DNA of 49,293 nucleotides from Bigelowiella natans CCMP2755 (lineage: Eukaryota; Protista; Cercozoa), in NCBI GenBank assembly GCA_000320545.1, contig ADNK01002381.1, forward strand, positions 1-49,293, read 5' to 3'. This document shows positions 46,798 to 49,293 of this stretch, one piece after another. Below the pieces are notes generated by a model that was given only the letters and a program-made list of their open reading frames with translations, was not told the origin of the DNA and did not search any database. The position numbers were made by a program, and so were the translations under genes. The first letter of the stretch is position 1. Each line of letters opens with the position of its first letter.

Positions 46798-49293
46798 GCC
46801 TCCTCGATCGAATAAAATTCTCAGATTTGAAGATAGTGAAAATAGACGGGGGGCCAGTGGCATCGTACGACTAACAACCCCACGCAACAAGCCAGCGCCC
46901 GCGCGTGTGTCTGTGTTGATGCTGTATATCGTGCGAGTAGAGCGCATACGAAAACCATTCAGAAATCAATATCTAGAGACAAAATAGATTCGTAGAAGCC
47001 GCCCACCCTCTCCCCCCCCTCCCCCTATCCGCAAATCTCCTGCTGCGACGAACGAGAAAGGATTTGTGAAGTGGTGTGGTTGTGTGTTGGCACGGCAGGA
47101 ACAAGAAGAACCTGAATCACCACAACGAGTACCATGTCCAGATATGCGTCATGCGGGAGAGCGCTGGTTGGTGATTCTGACGACGACGATAAAGAACCAT
47201 ACATCCAAAGCAGTGTGTTTTTGTGTGCACGCGCCATTCTGAAACAATTCGTCGGCCAGCGGCCTTTAGACAGCCTGCGCATTGGAATCTTCTTAGGAGC
47301 GCCAATTGCGATAGCTCTTTCGAGGGAGCGGTTTTTGGTTTAAACCTCGCCCATTTTTCACGACGTGTAGGCATCGTGTACGGTCTCGGTGTGCCCCTCT
47401 TCGGAGTCATGCTCCTCAGCTTCGGGGTGTTCGTGGTAGGGACGGGCCGCGTGTTGATTGAGATCGCCATCGATATGTTTTCGAAGCTTTCTGCTGAAAA
47501 TTTCTGATGCTGTGTGTGAGAAATCTGTGCACCCGGTTATTATCCGTTTGCGCCAACGCATTGAATGTTGATGAGGGGGGGGAGAGGGGGGAACGTATGA
47601 GAGCGAAGTCTCGATATTTTCAGAAAAAAACCCTTGTGTACCTTCAGGTGGACATGGAGGAGTTGGGCGACAGACTAGCTCTTGTCATCACCAACATGCT
47701 CACGGTAAGTTAGTGCCCTGGATGGTGAAAAAGAGAAGGAGGAGGAGGAGGAGGAGAGCGGTTGAGACCCTTGCAAAAAGAGAGCGTGGAAACGTGTTTC
47801 TAAGCACAAGAACAAATCAGCGGCAGGGCTATTTCGTGGGGAAGCTATTCTTCTTTGAATAGCTGACAAAACTTGCGTTCTTGAACGACATCTTCCTCCG
47901 CCTTCCCCTCCCCCCCCCCTCTTCTCCTCCTTTAACAGCTCGTGGCCATAAAATGGGTCCTGGAAGCTAAGTTACCGAGTGTTCCCTATCTCACTCTCGC
48001 TGACCAGTAATACGATGATAATGACAACGAAGATAATGATGACAGTGATGGTGATAATGGTAGTTGTGTTTATGATGGTGATCTTCAAAGAGGGCATGGA
48101 AGCTATCGAAGATAGCCCGCATTATAGTCCGCGCGAGCAGACAGTGTTGATGAAACTGTATGTGTTTTACTCACAAGCGCGGCGCCATCCTTTTAAGAAA
48201 TAACCTTTATCTCATAAAATGACGGAAATAGGTATGTGCTGGCTTGTTTCTTGCTTCTTCTGATTCAAGGGGTGACTGGCGTTGCGAAAACCAAAATGCT
48301 GTATTAATGGAAGGGGAAGGAGGAGGAGAAAGAGGGGGAGGAGGGGATTTCGATTAGTGCCCGAATGTTTGAATGGGCTGGCAGAATGCAGATAGATATA
48401 TGATATGCTGTGCTGTTGGTTGTAGGCGATATGCATCATCTGCACTCATGTCTTCGAGGCAGGGCAGGAAGAGGTGACCGAAAAAGAAGAAAAAGAAGAA
48501 GAAGAAGAAGAAGAAGAAGAAGAAGAAGAGGAAGAACAGACAATCAGCAAACCGCACAGATGTAGCATTGATGCGGGGCACAACGTGCCCGATACTGTTG
48601 AGCATATAACCGAACTCCCATATCACTCGCCAGATGGCCAAGTCCTTGAATTTTTGGTCGATCATTACGCTATTCGTGGGGTTTGTAATGACGCATGCTT
48701 ACTTGGTAAGTACACCGGGTGCCTCCCATCTAATACTAGCCTGTTATCATCATCATCATCATTATCGTTGTCATCACCATACACCGTTGTTTTCATGTTC
48801 TACCCGTAATCAACACCGCTATCTTTGTATCTTCTTAATTCTTTGCTGCGTGTACTCTCACCTTGTTCGTACAGGGGTTCAAAACTATGGGCCTCGCAGA
48901 CGAGGGGCCGATCCAACGCCGCCATGGAATCTACACGGTCTCGGAAGAGGTAGTAGCGGCAATTCCGACAAGGAAGCTGAAACAACAGCTCAGTGAAACC
49001 ATTCCAATGAGAGGCGGTGCTTAATGTATAAATTAGGCTCTCCAGAACGACGAAATCACCTGCCCGTTTCTCCGCGGTACCAACGAACACAAAGCATGCA
49101 AATGGGAGGGAGGCTGGGGGGGGGGGGTCGTAGCCCAAACAAAGAAGAAGAAGAAGAAAGAGAATCTGTATGTGAGAGGAGGACATGCGATACGTGCTGT
49201 AAGCTTCATCTCCATTATTTTAACAAATATATTCTGCCAACGTTGGTTGGGAAACAACAATCATCGTCGTAAGGCCCGAATCCGTGGAGCAAA
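44299..49293 (+). CDS. Cys-less (Pro-loop) pentameric ligand-gated ion channel subunit, many small exons, runs off window
   Basis: Exons: KVEVAVKIYSIR|NVDMTHGTFDLDFNLMM|DWLDPTL; YFVPA|VFVENA; QR|MRATLRNKYQVKNFPLDTQ|YLTIKF; YHVQICVMRESA; M1 GIVYGLGVPLFGVMLLSFGVFV; M2 GDRLALVITNMLT|LVAIKW; LPSVPYLTLAD; M3 YVLACFLLLLIQG; M4 LNFWSIITLFVGFVMTHAYL. Confidence 0.9.
46313..46459. repeat. 75-bp tandem duplication of a (TG)n tract plus 3' splice site in the pLGIC gene
   Basis: (tg)n-ttatagcttttaataatattcatcatcctaaggtccaacac occurs twice. Acceptor AGs at 46374-46375 and 46449-46450. Confidence 0.9.

Noticed and set aside
1-49293. tRNA, rRNA or other structured ncRNA genes
   Set aside because: None recognised by eye. 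tRNAscan-SE and Infernal/Rfam would be needed to exclude small or intronic RNAs.

Overview
Eukaryotic, intron-rich nuclear DNA from a protist. Short GT-AG introns are packed with microsatellites; a chlorarachniophyte-like origin is only my inference. Most ORF-track entries are microsatellite or antisense artefacts, so I spliced exons by hand. This gives about 14 genes: a BIRC6/UBE2Z-class E2 (3' part), a hypothetical protein, a DH-only RhoGEF, two divergent intronless AIG1/GIMAP-like GTPases (the second reads into a decayed DDX60-like helicase fragment), a TBC Rab-GAP, a SAM-GT8-sulfotransferase-like protein, an intronless PRKRIP1/6PGL-like fusion, a secreted TPR-JmjC protein, a syntaxin, a TLC protein, an 11beta-HSD-like SDR, a 7TM receptor-like protein and a Cys-less pentameric ligand-gated ion channel with no signal peptide (runs off the window). 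Genes sit almost strictly in head-to-head pairs. Spacers at gene 3' ends are rich in CTAG/CATG/TGCA, and one has lost nearly all TpA outside CTAG. The best candidates for something new are this TpA-erasing, CTAG-sparing signature, the GTPase/DDX60 immune-like island and the signal-peptide-less Pro-loop channel. All exon models are manual and not verified by transcripts.
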